A stretch of DNA of 64,000 nt, from contig CAJINV010000003.1 in NCBI GenBank assembly GCA_905178155.1, positions 6,105,985-6,169,984 on the forward strand, in the 5' to 3' direction. The stretch comes from Amoebophrya sp. A120 (Eukaryota; Protista; Dinoflagellata). The notes under the pieces are model-generated. The model saw only the letters and a list, made by a program, of their open reading frames with translations, was not told where the DNA came from and ran no database searches. Position 1 is the first letter of the stretch. Every line of letters starts with the position of its first letter. Position numbers and translations under genes: made by a program. This document shows, in pieces, positions 50,601-60,488 of the stretch.

Positions 50601-53600
50601 TCTTCGACGCCAAAGCCCAGGAACCGCTTAGCCTTGTCCGCCGCTGCGTGCACATTCGTGTGTGCCCTCAAAAAGACCGCCGACTTCCACCGGTTGAACT
50701 TGTCCTGCGCGCCAACCTCGCTCTCGTCGTCGTCGTCCTCCTCCCCCTGTTCCCCGGAACTCAGGTCGGACTGTCGTTTGAGCGCCTCGCGGGCCTCGGC
50801 GTCGTTGACGGCGTCGACGTTATGGATTGCAAATATGTCTGGGTCTGGAAGAGCACAACTTTGTCATGCACATTTTCCACGATCCATGATGTCTGTGATG
50901 TATGCCATAGCGTTACAGATTTTTTGGGCGCTGGCTTATCTATGCGCACCCAGCATGACAAATGCCCTCTCCGCGTGGTAGCCAAATTAATCTTTAGCAT
51001 CCAAATGCAGCATCACAAGTTTGGCTCTTCCAGACCCAGACATTTTTGCATTTGATGCACATACGCCGCGTTCAAAATCGCGTTATTCAAGTTGACGAGA
51101 ATGAAGTAGAAGAGAAGCATGAAGATGAGAAAAAATATCCTCGATCGCACCGGGTACTCCACGATGAGCAGATCGTACACGTCCACCTTCCCGCCCATCA
51201 TCTCGAACAGGGACACAAACGCGTCGCTCTGCGTGCCAAACTCCGTCAACCGGCTGCCGAACTGGATGTTCGAGAAGTTGACGAAGCCGAGGAACAAAAT
51301 CGTGCAAAAAAGCGTGAAGCACACGAGCGCGGTGGCCGACCGGGCAACCATGTCAATCAGGATGCGGACGCGGACGGAGGCGATCCGCAGGTAGGAGAGT
51401 AAGTTCACGTATTGGAAGAAGAACGCCAGCCCAGCGATGCGCTGGAACAACAGAAAGCTCGCCGCTTGCTTCTCGAACTTCTCCATCATGGCACTGAAGC
51501 CCGCGGCGTTCAGCGCATCAGTGGTCCCGGTGGCTACGGCGCTGCTCTGCTCGAAGGCGTTCAGGTCCGGGAGCGCCGAGTCCTGACTCTGGTAGGAGAT
51601 CCAGACGGTGTGCACGACGTAAAACAACACGATGTTGAGCAGCATCAGGTAATTCCAAACCGTCCACTTTTGGTTTCCTCCGCCGAACAGGACACGGACC
51701 GTCCACAGAATCAGCACCGCCAGGGTCATTTTGTCGTCCGCCTGGTACATACCGAGACCAATGTCCGTCGCGACGCTCTCGGCGTTGCCCGTGAGGTCCA
51801 GCGTGTCGAGCTGGTACTCGCAACTCACGCTCCCGGCGACGTTGAAGGTGAAGATCAGCTGCACCCAGGTGTGCAGCCGCAAATTCGGATTGTAACTTAC
51901 GAAGTCCACCGCAACCGTGCTGGTGTAGCGATCGATGAACTTATGAAGAGTGCACAGCAACCCCTGTGGCCCCTCATACATTGGTGCCATGCTACTTAAG
52001 AAAAGACTGCGCAGTCGAGTCAGGGGGTGCTATTTCGGTGTGTCATGTTGGGAAACTAAGGGCAGGGCGTCCCTTTGTAAAACAAAACTACAAACATGAA
52101 ACCGCATACCCGGTAAACTCTAAAACAGAAAATTGAACAACGCGATTTCTACCGAGAGACAACAACAGAAACTCCTGGGACGGCTGCGACGTGAGTTCTG
52201 TTGTTATCTGAGTAGGAATAGCTCTGTGCAATGATCGTGTCTTAGCACCGAGGGAACAGAAATAAAAAGTAAAAAAGCGTGAAGCAGCTAACTATGACAC
52301 AGTCCCACCTACTGAAAAAACCATCCTAAAGGTGGTATCTGGAATTTCTAGCAGGGAAAAACTTAGTGGTTTGGAAAATGGGGTTGCGATCGTGGTGCCA
52401 ACGTATTTCGGTGTGTCATGCAAAAATCTCTGCTCTGGTGTTGGTTGCGTCGTTGCTCATGCCTTTCAGATGAGGAGGCGAGGGCGACTTATGGCTGCAC
52501 TCGGATAGAACTGCCCGTCCTTCACGACCTCTTTGAGGACAAGCGCAAGCTGTTCTACCGCTGGCGTCTCACTGCTGGACCGTTGCGTCACCTCCACCAG
52601 TTGCACAAAGGCAAGCTGCTTCTTGCTCCCGTAGGGTAAAACCGCGTGCGACGTGCTGCGGTGAAACTGGTTCAAACTCGGCAGAAAGATGGTTCGTCCA
52701 TTGCTGACCAACGTCGGCGGCACCAGTTCCGAGGCATAGTTCGGCATCGTTGGGTAATACGGCGCGGAAAGCGTCAGGTCGTCTTTGCTGTAGGACCGAA
52801 ACTTGCAGTAGGAACAGACGTCGGAACCGGCGTTGGCGCAGTCTGACGGCACCAGCAGGCACCCGCAGTCGTACAGCCCGCACAAGCGCTTGCACGTATC
52901 CAGCGTCTCCCCGACCACCACGTGCGCTAGCTCCTTGCCCCCGATGCAGACCTTGTTCGGGAAGATGTTGAACTGCAGCTCCTGTTTGCCCGCATCACCG
53001 AACGAGGAACGGCGCCAACTGCGGTAGGCGCCGTAGTGCGTCAGATCGTCGAACTCCTCGGTTTCGTCGTGCACTGAGACCCCGGCCATGCTGCCCCAGA
53101 CCTCGGGCGCTAGAAGCTTGAAGTCCTTGTCTTCATTGGCCACCATCTTCATGCGTCGCGTCGATATTCGCAGGGGCGTGAGCACGCGGTTCGCGGCGCT
53201 GGGAGCCGTGACGGCTTTCGGGAGCGCTTCGGTGAAGAACGCCTCGACGTCCTCCAGGCTCTGTATGTTTTCCCATCGCCGCGAGAAGTATCCCCAGAAA
53301 AAAACCCATCCATATCCATTTTATGCATGACAAACAGTGGATTTTATTCTTATGCATGTTTTGCATGACAAATTGGATGTGGATGGGTGTTTTTTCCTGG
53401 ATAAGAAGCCGTGTTGGTCTACGTAGGTTGCGGCCTTGATAGATGTAGACCAGACCCGGTTCACCTCGTACGCGTCGCCTGTCCGGACGCGATTACTCAC
53501 ATAGTACAAGGGCCAGATCAAAAACGTGAGAACGTACAGAAGAAACTCAAACCCCGATAATCGCGCTGCTGCGTCCTGTTGTATGAAAGTTTGCCGCGCG

Positions 53601-53680
53601 AATCCCGGCCCGAGGATCCGTTGCCGGTACGGCTCCGTTCTGTCAATCATCACCATCTTCACGGATTCGTCTTTGCGCAA
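47655..53680 (-). CDS. Polycystin-2/TRPP-like channel with two tandem TOP+6TM domains and a C-terminal coiled coil; 5' end uncertain
   Basis: Domain 1: KFIDRYTSTVAVDFVSYNPN, WTVWNYL, pore FVSLFEMMGG, S6 FILVNLNNAIL. Domain 2: YVSAQTANLVVEFLVFNAQ, DLFNTVDLVS, FFRLLKFF, pore VYEMILGN, S6 LLMNVFFAVM. Joined by IE10, a GT-AG intron (51964-52591), IE9 and IE8. Confidence 0.85.
49645..49965. mobile_element. Introner-like TIR element IE8 (321 bp)
   Basis: TIR TATCAAAAGGAAAAACTCCCCCTCCCCATATCAAAA / TTTCGATATGGGGAGGGGGGATTTTTGCTTACGATA; TSD CCGCA at 49640-49644 and 49966-49970. Removal gives QVKKAA-DVVDVRQRL. Confidence 0.93.
50821..51057. mobile_element. Introner-like TIR element IE9 (237 bp, family A, eroded ends)
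   Basis: TIR TATGGATTGCAAATATGTCTGGGTCTGGAAGAGC / GCTCTTCCAGACCCAGACATTTTTGCATTTGATG; degenerate TSD GACGT (50816-50820) and CACAT (51058-51062). Removal gives LNAAYVDAVND. Confidence 0.85.
53289..53403. mobile_element. Introner-like TIR element IE10 (115 bp)
   Basis: TIR TATCCCCAGAAAAAAACCCATCCATATCCATTT / AAATTGGATGTGGATGGGTGTTTTTTCCTGGATA; TSD AGAAG at 53284-53288 and 53404-53408. Removal gives DQHGF-SRRWENIQSLEDV. Confidence 0.93.
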
Positions 53681-54279
53681 ATAAATGGTCCTTCCGAAAA
53701 AGCCGCTCGCATTGGGATTGTGTTTGTGATTGTGTCTATGTCAAGCATGCATTGCATATATAGTGCCCCTGTCTCCTCTCAGCAGCACTTAGTTTCACCT
53801 TCTGAGTAGAAGCAACAGCGATCCTCGTCAGAACTTCACTCTTTGCTTCCTGGACAGCCTCATCACGATGGCGATCGTGTTCGTGTCACCGTGGATTACG
53901 ACCATAATTACCAGGAGACGGCATCTGTAATGGGACACGACCGCGTCTGCTCTCACTGCTCTTTTACACTCGGTCTTACAGAAGTAGCCGGCAGATTCAC
54001 GAGAAAATTGCCAGCCGCTTCAGCAAAATATCTTCAACGGATACCGTTCCTAGCTTTGTGGCTGGGCATCCACAGCTAAACATGCTAGCGGAGAATGGGC
54101 TAGGTAGTAAAGAAGAACACAAGGAGTCGTGCCGGCTGTCAGACGGACTGCTTCACTGTCGCTTCAGCCACTTTCAACATTTCTTGCGAGTGGATTGTCT
54201 TTAGCAGAGACGCCCTTGCGACCAAAACCTAGTAGCACATCGGCAGGCGGTCCTTAGGAACAACATCAGAGTGGTAGTT

Positions 54280-55704
54280 TTATTCTTCAATCACCTCGAT
54301 TTGAACACCCTGATCTTCCTGCTCTTGTTCCTCCGATGAATGCATGGATGTCAAGTCTCCCGCATCGGTGGTTAGCGCTGCGTCTCGAAGGAGGTTCCGT
54401 GTCAAGTTGTTGGTTGCCGAGTTCGTTGCCGTCCGCACCGCATTCGTGTACGCTGCCGCAGTAGGCGATGGCAACGTACTGAGGTAAGCGAAGTGTGCGG
54501 AATGGACCTGGAAAGACGGGATCTTTTTCATGACGAAGGCTAAGGCGATGTTGAGCGACCAGGTGCGCTTCTGCTCCAAGTAATACCCCGTGACGGCAGC
54601 GGCAGCGCTGCTGTCCTCCGCACTCAACACAAGTAGCCGATCCGCATGCTGTTCAGCCTTTGGAACCTTCTCCAGCAGGTACTCGACACTCTGCGGGAGG
54701 GGCAGTGCGGTCGTGCTCAGGAACTTCTTCGCGTCCCGCAATTGCAGTGCGTGCTTCGCGTCCAATAGCAGGTCGACTAAGGCTTTCTGTCGCCGACACA
54801 CGTGCGCACATTCCGCAGCAACACTGGACACGACGAGCAACACCTCGGTGATGTTCATTGCCTCGACGACGTCGCAGAGATTTTCGATACTAGTCCGCGC
54901 TCGGTTCGGCATAGACGTTGCGTCTACTGAGCCCGAGGACACTTCATGTCGTGCAACCGCCGCTTCTAGTACTGGAGGCAGCTGCTGCTCCATGAGGTTT
55001 TCTTGAACAGCAGCCTCCTCTGGCGCAACCAGGTCTACGTTGTCGCTTGCGAAGAATCCCGATCCGGCGCAAAAAAAATGATTCGAAAAGGCAATCGGAA
55101 GTCGCAGGCTCTTAGTTCGCGCCTCGCAGGCGTGCTCGGGTTCCCGTTCCCCAGGGATGCTGTCAGTAGTGCGACGCAGCAGGAGCGGGAACTCCCGCAC
55201 ACAGTCCTCGAAAGAGATCTGATAAACCTCGTCGAAGTTGAACCGCGTTTGCAAAGCCACAACATTGTCACAGACATACACCAATGCGCGTCTTTTGACC
55301 TTTGTCGCCCTGTCTGCTCCTGATGAACCAGCCTCAGCCTCAAAAGCCGCCAAGACGTCGTCCAGCACGAGGTGGACCTGTAGGTCGTCGCCACTCTTTG
55401 CGCCGGAGGCCAGCGGAGCTTCTCCCTTGTTTGTCTCTGGGTACCCAACCCATCGAAAGCCCTTGATGTGCCCCGCGTCGAATGACTTCCGACTTCGTCG
55501 GAAGTCAACGAGGAAGTACTTCGTAGCGCTTGTCCCGGGAGGTAGCTGCAAGATGTTCCATAACTGTAGCGGCTTCATAATTTTCGCTCCCGTTGGAGGC
55601 TTACTCGGCCCAGAAGAAGTTGCACCCAGAGCCATTCCCGCATGCGACAGCAACAGACCGGCAGGGTTTGGGGCCCCGGCTCCCGAACCCATAGGCGCCA
55701 TCAT
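54280..55704 (-). CDS. Rhodanese-like plus degenerate dual-specificity-phosphatase-like protein (MKP/STYXL1-like architecture)
   Basis: N-terminal MKPLQLWNIL...YFLVDFR..KSFDAGHIKG (rhodanese/CH2). C-terminal RLLVLSAEDSSAAAAVTGYYL....WSLNIALAFVMKKIP resembles the DSP C-terminus but lacks HCx5R. Confidence 0.6.
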   Translation of the reverse strand: MMAPMGSGAGAPNPAGLLLSHAGMALGATSSGPSKPPTGAKIMKPLQLWNILQLPPGTSATKYFLVDFRRSRKSFDAGHIKGFRWVGYPETNKGEAPLASGAKSGDDLQVHLVLDDVLAAFEAEAGSSGADRATKVKRRALVYVCDNVVALQTRFNFDEVYQISFEDCVREFPLLLRRTTDSIPGEREPEHACEARTKSLRLPIAFSNHFFCAGSGFFASDNVDLVAPEEAAVQENLMEQQLPPVLEAAVARHEVSSGSVDATSMPNRARTSIENLCDVVEAMNITEVLLVVSSVAAECAHVCRRQKALVDLLLDAKHALQLRDAKKFLSTTALPLPQSVEYLLEKVPKAEQHADRLLVLSAEDSSAAAAVTGYYLEQKRTWSLNIALAFVMKKIPSFQVHSAHFAYLSTLPSPTAAAYTNAVRTATNSATNNLTRNLLRDAALTTDAGDLTSMHSSEEQEQEDQGVQIEVIEE

Positions 55705-56506
55705 GGGTTTCAGAAAAACTAAAACAACAGCTGTGCTTCTCACAGACTCCTAGTTCGAATCAAACAATGCCATAAACTACAGAGATGCTTACGAATCACG
55801 TAACGAAAGCGATCCCTTGACGTGGATCTGGATGCTCTACGTATTTACAGATGTAGCCCTGTCCTTTCCATCAAGTTAGATATACACACTGAGTCGCTAC
55901 GTTTGTCTGTTTTTCCGCTCAACACAACTGACCACAAGAATTTTGCCTGAAAAGTACCGGGGACGCTGCAGGAGATGATGTCAAAAGGAGATGATAGGAG
56001 ATCGCTTTGCTATCTTTGACACAGTGGTTTTTCAAGCGTCCAATCGGCTCGATCTTCGCCAACAATCACAAAAGGGCAGTGGCACAACTACATATAGATA
56101 TCACTATCAGTCACATATCTACTTCACCGATGCTATTTGAATTACTTCAAATTCTAGCTACCAGTACCACCCAAGAAGCAAAATAATACTGAGCGGCACT
56201 GTAGCTCAGCTCGCGTGGACCGCCACACGAGGCCGAGCGGCAAGGAATGAACACTGTCGCGACTGCTAGCCATGTGATCGGGGCCCTGCCTCCACGCAAG
56301 GCCGAAGCCCTTCAAGATGGTCCGAGATGCCCCCTGTTCTCCAAATGCGAGCGACTGAAGAAGATCCTTGCGCCCGCCCACTCTGTAACCTACCAGATCG
56401 AGATGGATCCGGCCCCCAGCTGGTTGGTTGGATAATTCAGGCCCGGCGACCTGGATCAGAGCTGGGCCCAGCTTCGCGCGCTGACCTGAGTCAAAACGTG
56501 GCCCAG

Positions 56507-58964
56507 TGCGTTTTCGCTTTGCGTTTTCGCTTTGCGTTTTCGCTTTGCGTTTTCGCTTTGCGTTTTCGCTTTGCGTTTTCGCTTTGCGTTTTCGCTTTGC
56601 GTTTTCGCTTTGCGTTTTCGCTTTGCGTTTTCGCTTTGCGTTTTCGCTTTGCGTTTTCGCTTTGCGTTTTCGCTTTGCGTTTTCGCTTTGCGTTTTCGCT
56701 TTGCGTTTTCGCTTTGCGTTTTCGCTTTGCGTTTTCGCTTTGCGTTTTCGCTTTGCGTTTTCGCTTTGCGTTTTCGCTTTGCGTTTTCGCTTTGCGTTTT
56801 CGCTTTGCGTTTTCGCTTTGCGTTTTCGCTTTGCGTTTTCGCTTTGCGTTTTCGCTTTGCGTTTTCGCTTTGCGTTTTCGCTTTGCGTTTTCGCTTTGCG
56901 TTTTCGCTTTGCGTTTTCGCTTTGCGTTTTCGCTTTGCGTTTTCGCTTTGCGTTTTCGCTTTGCGTTTTCGCTTTGCGTTTTCGCTTTGCGTTTTCGCTT
57001 TGCGTTTTCGCTTTGCGTTTTCGCTTTGCGTTTTCGCTTTGCGTTTTCGCTTTGCGTTTTCGCTTTGCGTTTTCGCTTTGCGTTTTCGCTTTGCGTTTTC
57101 GCTTTGCGTTTTCGCTTTGCGTTTTCGCTTTGCGTTTTCGCTTTGCGTTTTCGCTTTGCGTTTTCGCTTTGCGTTTTCGCTTTGCGTTTTCGCTTTGCGT
57201 TTTCGCTTTGCGTTTTCGCTTTGCGTTTTCGCTTTGCGTTTTCGCTTTGCGTTTTCGCTTTGCGTTTTCGCTTTGCGTTTTCGCTTTGCGTTTTCGCTTT
57301 GCGTTTTCGCTTTGCGTTTTCGCTTTGCCTTGCTTTGCTTTTTCGCTTTGCTTTGCTTTTTCGCTTTGCTTTGCTTTGCTTTTTTGCCTTTTCGCTTTGC
57401 TTTTTTGCTTTGCTTTTTTGCTTTTTCGCTTTGCTTTTTCGCGTTGCTTTTTCGCGTTGCTTTTTCGCGTTGCTTTTTCGCGTTGCTTTTTCGCGTTGCT
57501 TTTTCGCGTTGCTTTTTCGCGTTGCTTTTTCGCGTTGCTTTTTCGCGTTGCTTTTTCGCGTTGCTTTTTCGCGTTGCTTTTTCGCGTTGCTTTTTCGCGT
57601 TGCTTTTTCGCGTTGCTTTTTCGCGTTGCTTTTTCGCGTTGCTTTTTCGCGTTGCTTTTTCGCGTTGCTTTTTCGCTTTGCTTTTTCGCTTTGCTTTTTC
57701 GCTTTGCTTTTTCGCTTTGCTTTTTCGCTTTGCTTTTTCGCTTTGCTTTTTCGCTTTGCTTTTTCGCTTTGCTTTTTCGCTTTGCTTTTTCGCTTTGCTT
57801 TTTCGCTTTGCTTTTTCGCTTTGCTTTTTCGCTTTGCTTTTTCGCTTTGCTTTTTCGCTTTGCTTTTTCGCTTTGCTTTTTCGCTTTGCTTTTTCGCTTT
57901 GCTTTTTCGCTTTGCTTTTTCGCTTTGCTTTTTCGCTTTGCTTTTTCGCTTTGCTTTTTCGCTTTGCTTTTTCGCTTTGCTTTTTCGCTTTGCTTTTTCG
58001 CTTTGCTTTTTCGCTTTGCTTTTTCGCTTTGCTTTTTCGCTTTGCTTTTTCGCTTTGCTTTTTCGCTTTGCTTTTTCGCTTTGCTTTTTCGCTTTGCTTT
58101 TTCGCTTTGCTTTTTCGCTTTGCTTTTTCGCTTTGCTTTTTCGCTTTGCTTTTTCGCTTTGCTTTTTCGCTTTGCTTTTTCGCTTTGCTTTTTCGCTTTG
58201 CTTTTTCGCTTTGCTTTTTCGCTTTGCTTTTTCGCTTTGCTTTTTCGCTTTGCTTTTTCGCTTTGCTTTTTCGCTTTGCTTTTTCGCTTTGCTTTTTCGC
58301 TTTGCTTTTTCGCTTTGCTTTTTCGCTTTGCTTTTTCGCTTTGCTTTTTCGCTTTGCTTTTTCGCTTTGCTTTTTCGCTTTGCTTTTTCGCTTTGCTTTT
58401 TCGCTTTGCTTTTTCGCTTTGCTTTTTCGCTTTGCTTTTTCGCTTTGCTTTTTCGCTTTGCTTTTTCGCTTTGCTTTTTCGCTTTGCTTTTTCGCTTTGC
58501 TTTTTCGCTTTGCTTTTTCGCTTTGCTTTTTCGCTTTGCTTTTTCGCTTTGCTTTTTCGCTTTGCTTTTTCGCTTTGCTTTTTCGCTTTGCTTTTTCGCT
58601 TTGCTTTTTCGCTTTGCTTTTTCGCTTTGCTTTTTCGCTTTGCTTTTTCGCTTTGCTTTTTCGCTTTGCTTTTTCGCTTTGCTTTTTCGCTTTGCTTTTT
58701 CGCTTTGCTTTTTCGCTTTGCTTTTTCGCTTTGCTTTTTCGCTTTGCTTTTTCGCTTTGCTTTTTCGCTTTGCTTTTTCGCTTTGCTTTTTCGCTTTGCT
58801 TTTTCGCTTTGCTTTTTCGCTTTGCTTTTTCGCTTTGCTTTTTCGCTTTGCTTTTTCGCTTTGCTTTTTCGCTTTGCTTTTTCGCTTTGCTTTTTCGCTT
58901 TGCTTTTTCGCTTTGCTTTTTCGCTTTGCTTTTTCGCTTTGCTTTTTCGCTTTGCTTTTTCGCT
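56507..58964. repeat. 13-bp tandem satellite, about 189 units in three variant blocks
   Basis: (GCTTTGCGTTTTC)n at 56507-~57328; irregular junction; (GCGTTGCTTTTTC)n at ~57441-57674; (GCTTTGCTTTTTC)n to 58964. Confidence 0.98.
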
Positions 58965-60488
58965 GTGCCCGCTCTCAGCCACCAAACTCCCAAGGAAGCT
59001 CCTAAGTCTTTGAGGGCCCTTAGGAGGCTCCTTACGGAGCTCCCTGAAGGACATAGGCCCTTAAGGCCCCCCCCGCTTAGGGCGGTTACTAAGCGAGGGC
59101 GACTGAAGATGATTTATCTGAAGATAATTTTCTTAACAAGCTGCCTAGGGCCCCCCTGCTGTAACACAAGCCGCCCCAGGAGCTTCCGAAGGACCGCAAA
59201 AACCTTTGCCGCTATTATTAAACTATGCTATGGCTCGTCGTTTCTTTCTTTGTCGCGCTCTTTGCGGAGGGATTTTTTGGAGCGTTTGAGAGGGTTCCCG
59301 TAAGTCGGTTTCCTACTTAGTCGCTCAGTGTCGCAGGTGTGTTCAAAGTGGGTCCGGGGCTGATTGAGCTAAATCACGACGGCACTAAGGGCCCCGAGTC
59401 AAGAAATTGGCAATATTCTCCTCCTCCTCCTCCCACCGCTCGAGCCGCGCCCTTAGGCCTCGCACCGCGAAGGGGCTCGCCGCCTGGACAAGGACGACGG
59501 CCGCCGATTCACAACGAGAGACACCCAACAGATCGACCGAGAACCATTCGCAAGCCTCCCGCAAACGCCGGCCGGCAACCTGCTCCCCACAATCCCGAAG
59601 CCAGGCGGCGCGGCAGGGAATTTCCAGAAGAACACCGGAAGGGTCTGAGTCCGGCGGCGCGTCTGTTTTCAGTTTTTTGATTTGCTCCATCGGTATGAGC
59701 GGAAACAAAAGCAAGGCCCAGGCGGGCGCTATTTATGGCGAAGGCAAGAAAACAAACAAAAAAACCCGGAACCTGCCGCGGCGGGCCCACGCTCGGAATC
59801 TGCGCCGGCGGCATCCTCGAAAGGGGTCGGCGTCGGAAGTGTCGAGGCACCGGGGGGCGGCCCCTCGAAGACTGGCGGCGCCGCCACGCACCCACCGGCC
59901 TCATTCTCCAAGCCCGCGAGGGGCTGCCGCGACCAGCTCGCCGGCCAACTTAATTGGGCGCGCGGCGGTTTTCCGGCTTTTCCCGGCCGCTTCATGTTGT
60001 TAGTTTCTCAGGCGACGCAATACAACTACGGGGGCGCGGAAATGTATAGGGGAAAGCTCGGGGCCTAGCAAGGTTGTTCTATTGGGGATGGGTTTTGGTA
60101 CTACGGTGGTAATGTATTGCTTCATCAGTGCGACCTGTCAGTCTATGCACTAGTATGGGAGAATTTAACTGGGCGAGGCAGGCAAGCACACGTCTGCCAA
60201 AGTCTATCTTGCTTCTACTTTCGTGGCGATCTTGTCCCTCGGACCATGAGATGATAGATCATGCTGGTTCGATGAGTCAGGGGAGGGGGTCCACACTACA
60301 TACAGAAGGTGGGCGCACTCTCTCCGGAGCGCGATCTCGCCCTCTGCCTCCGTCGTCTTTTCATTTCTCATCTTCTTCTAGATCTAGTGCTAGTCCCTTA
60401 TATTTTTCATTTTCGTGGCTGTTCTCAATCTCATTTCCATCACTGCAAAGCCTTTACGAAACAGAAAACAGAGCTGCACTCGACAGCA

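Noticed and set aside
56507-58964. CRISPR array or telomere
   Set aside because: There are no spacers, the context is eukaryotic, the array is internal and the unit lacks a telomeric G-run.
56154-59303. Five ORFs of 835-966 aa (Lys-rich or Phe-rich) on both strands
   Set aside because: They are artefacts of a stop-free 13-bp satellite; all frames give the same periodic peptide.
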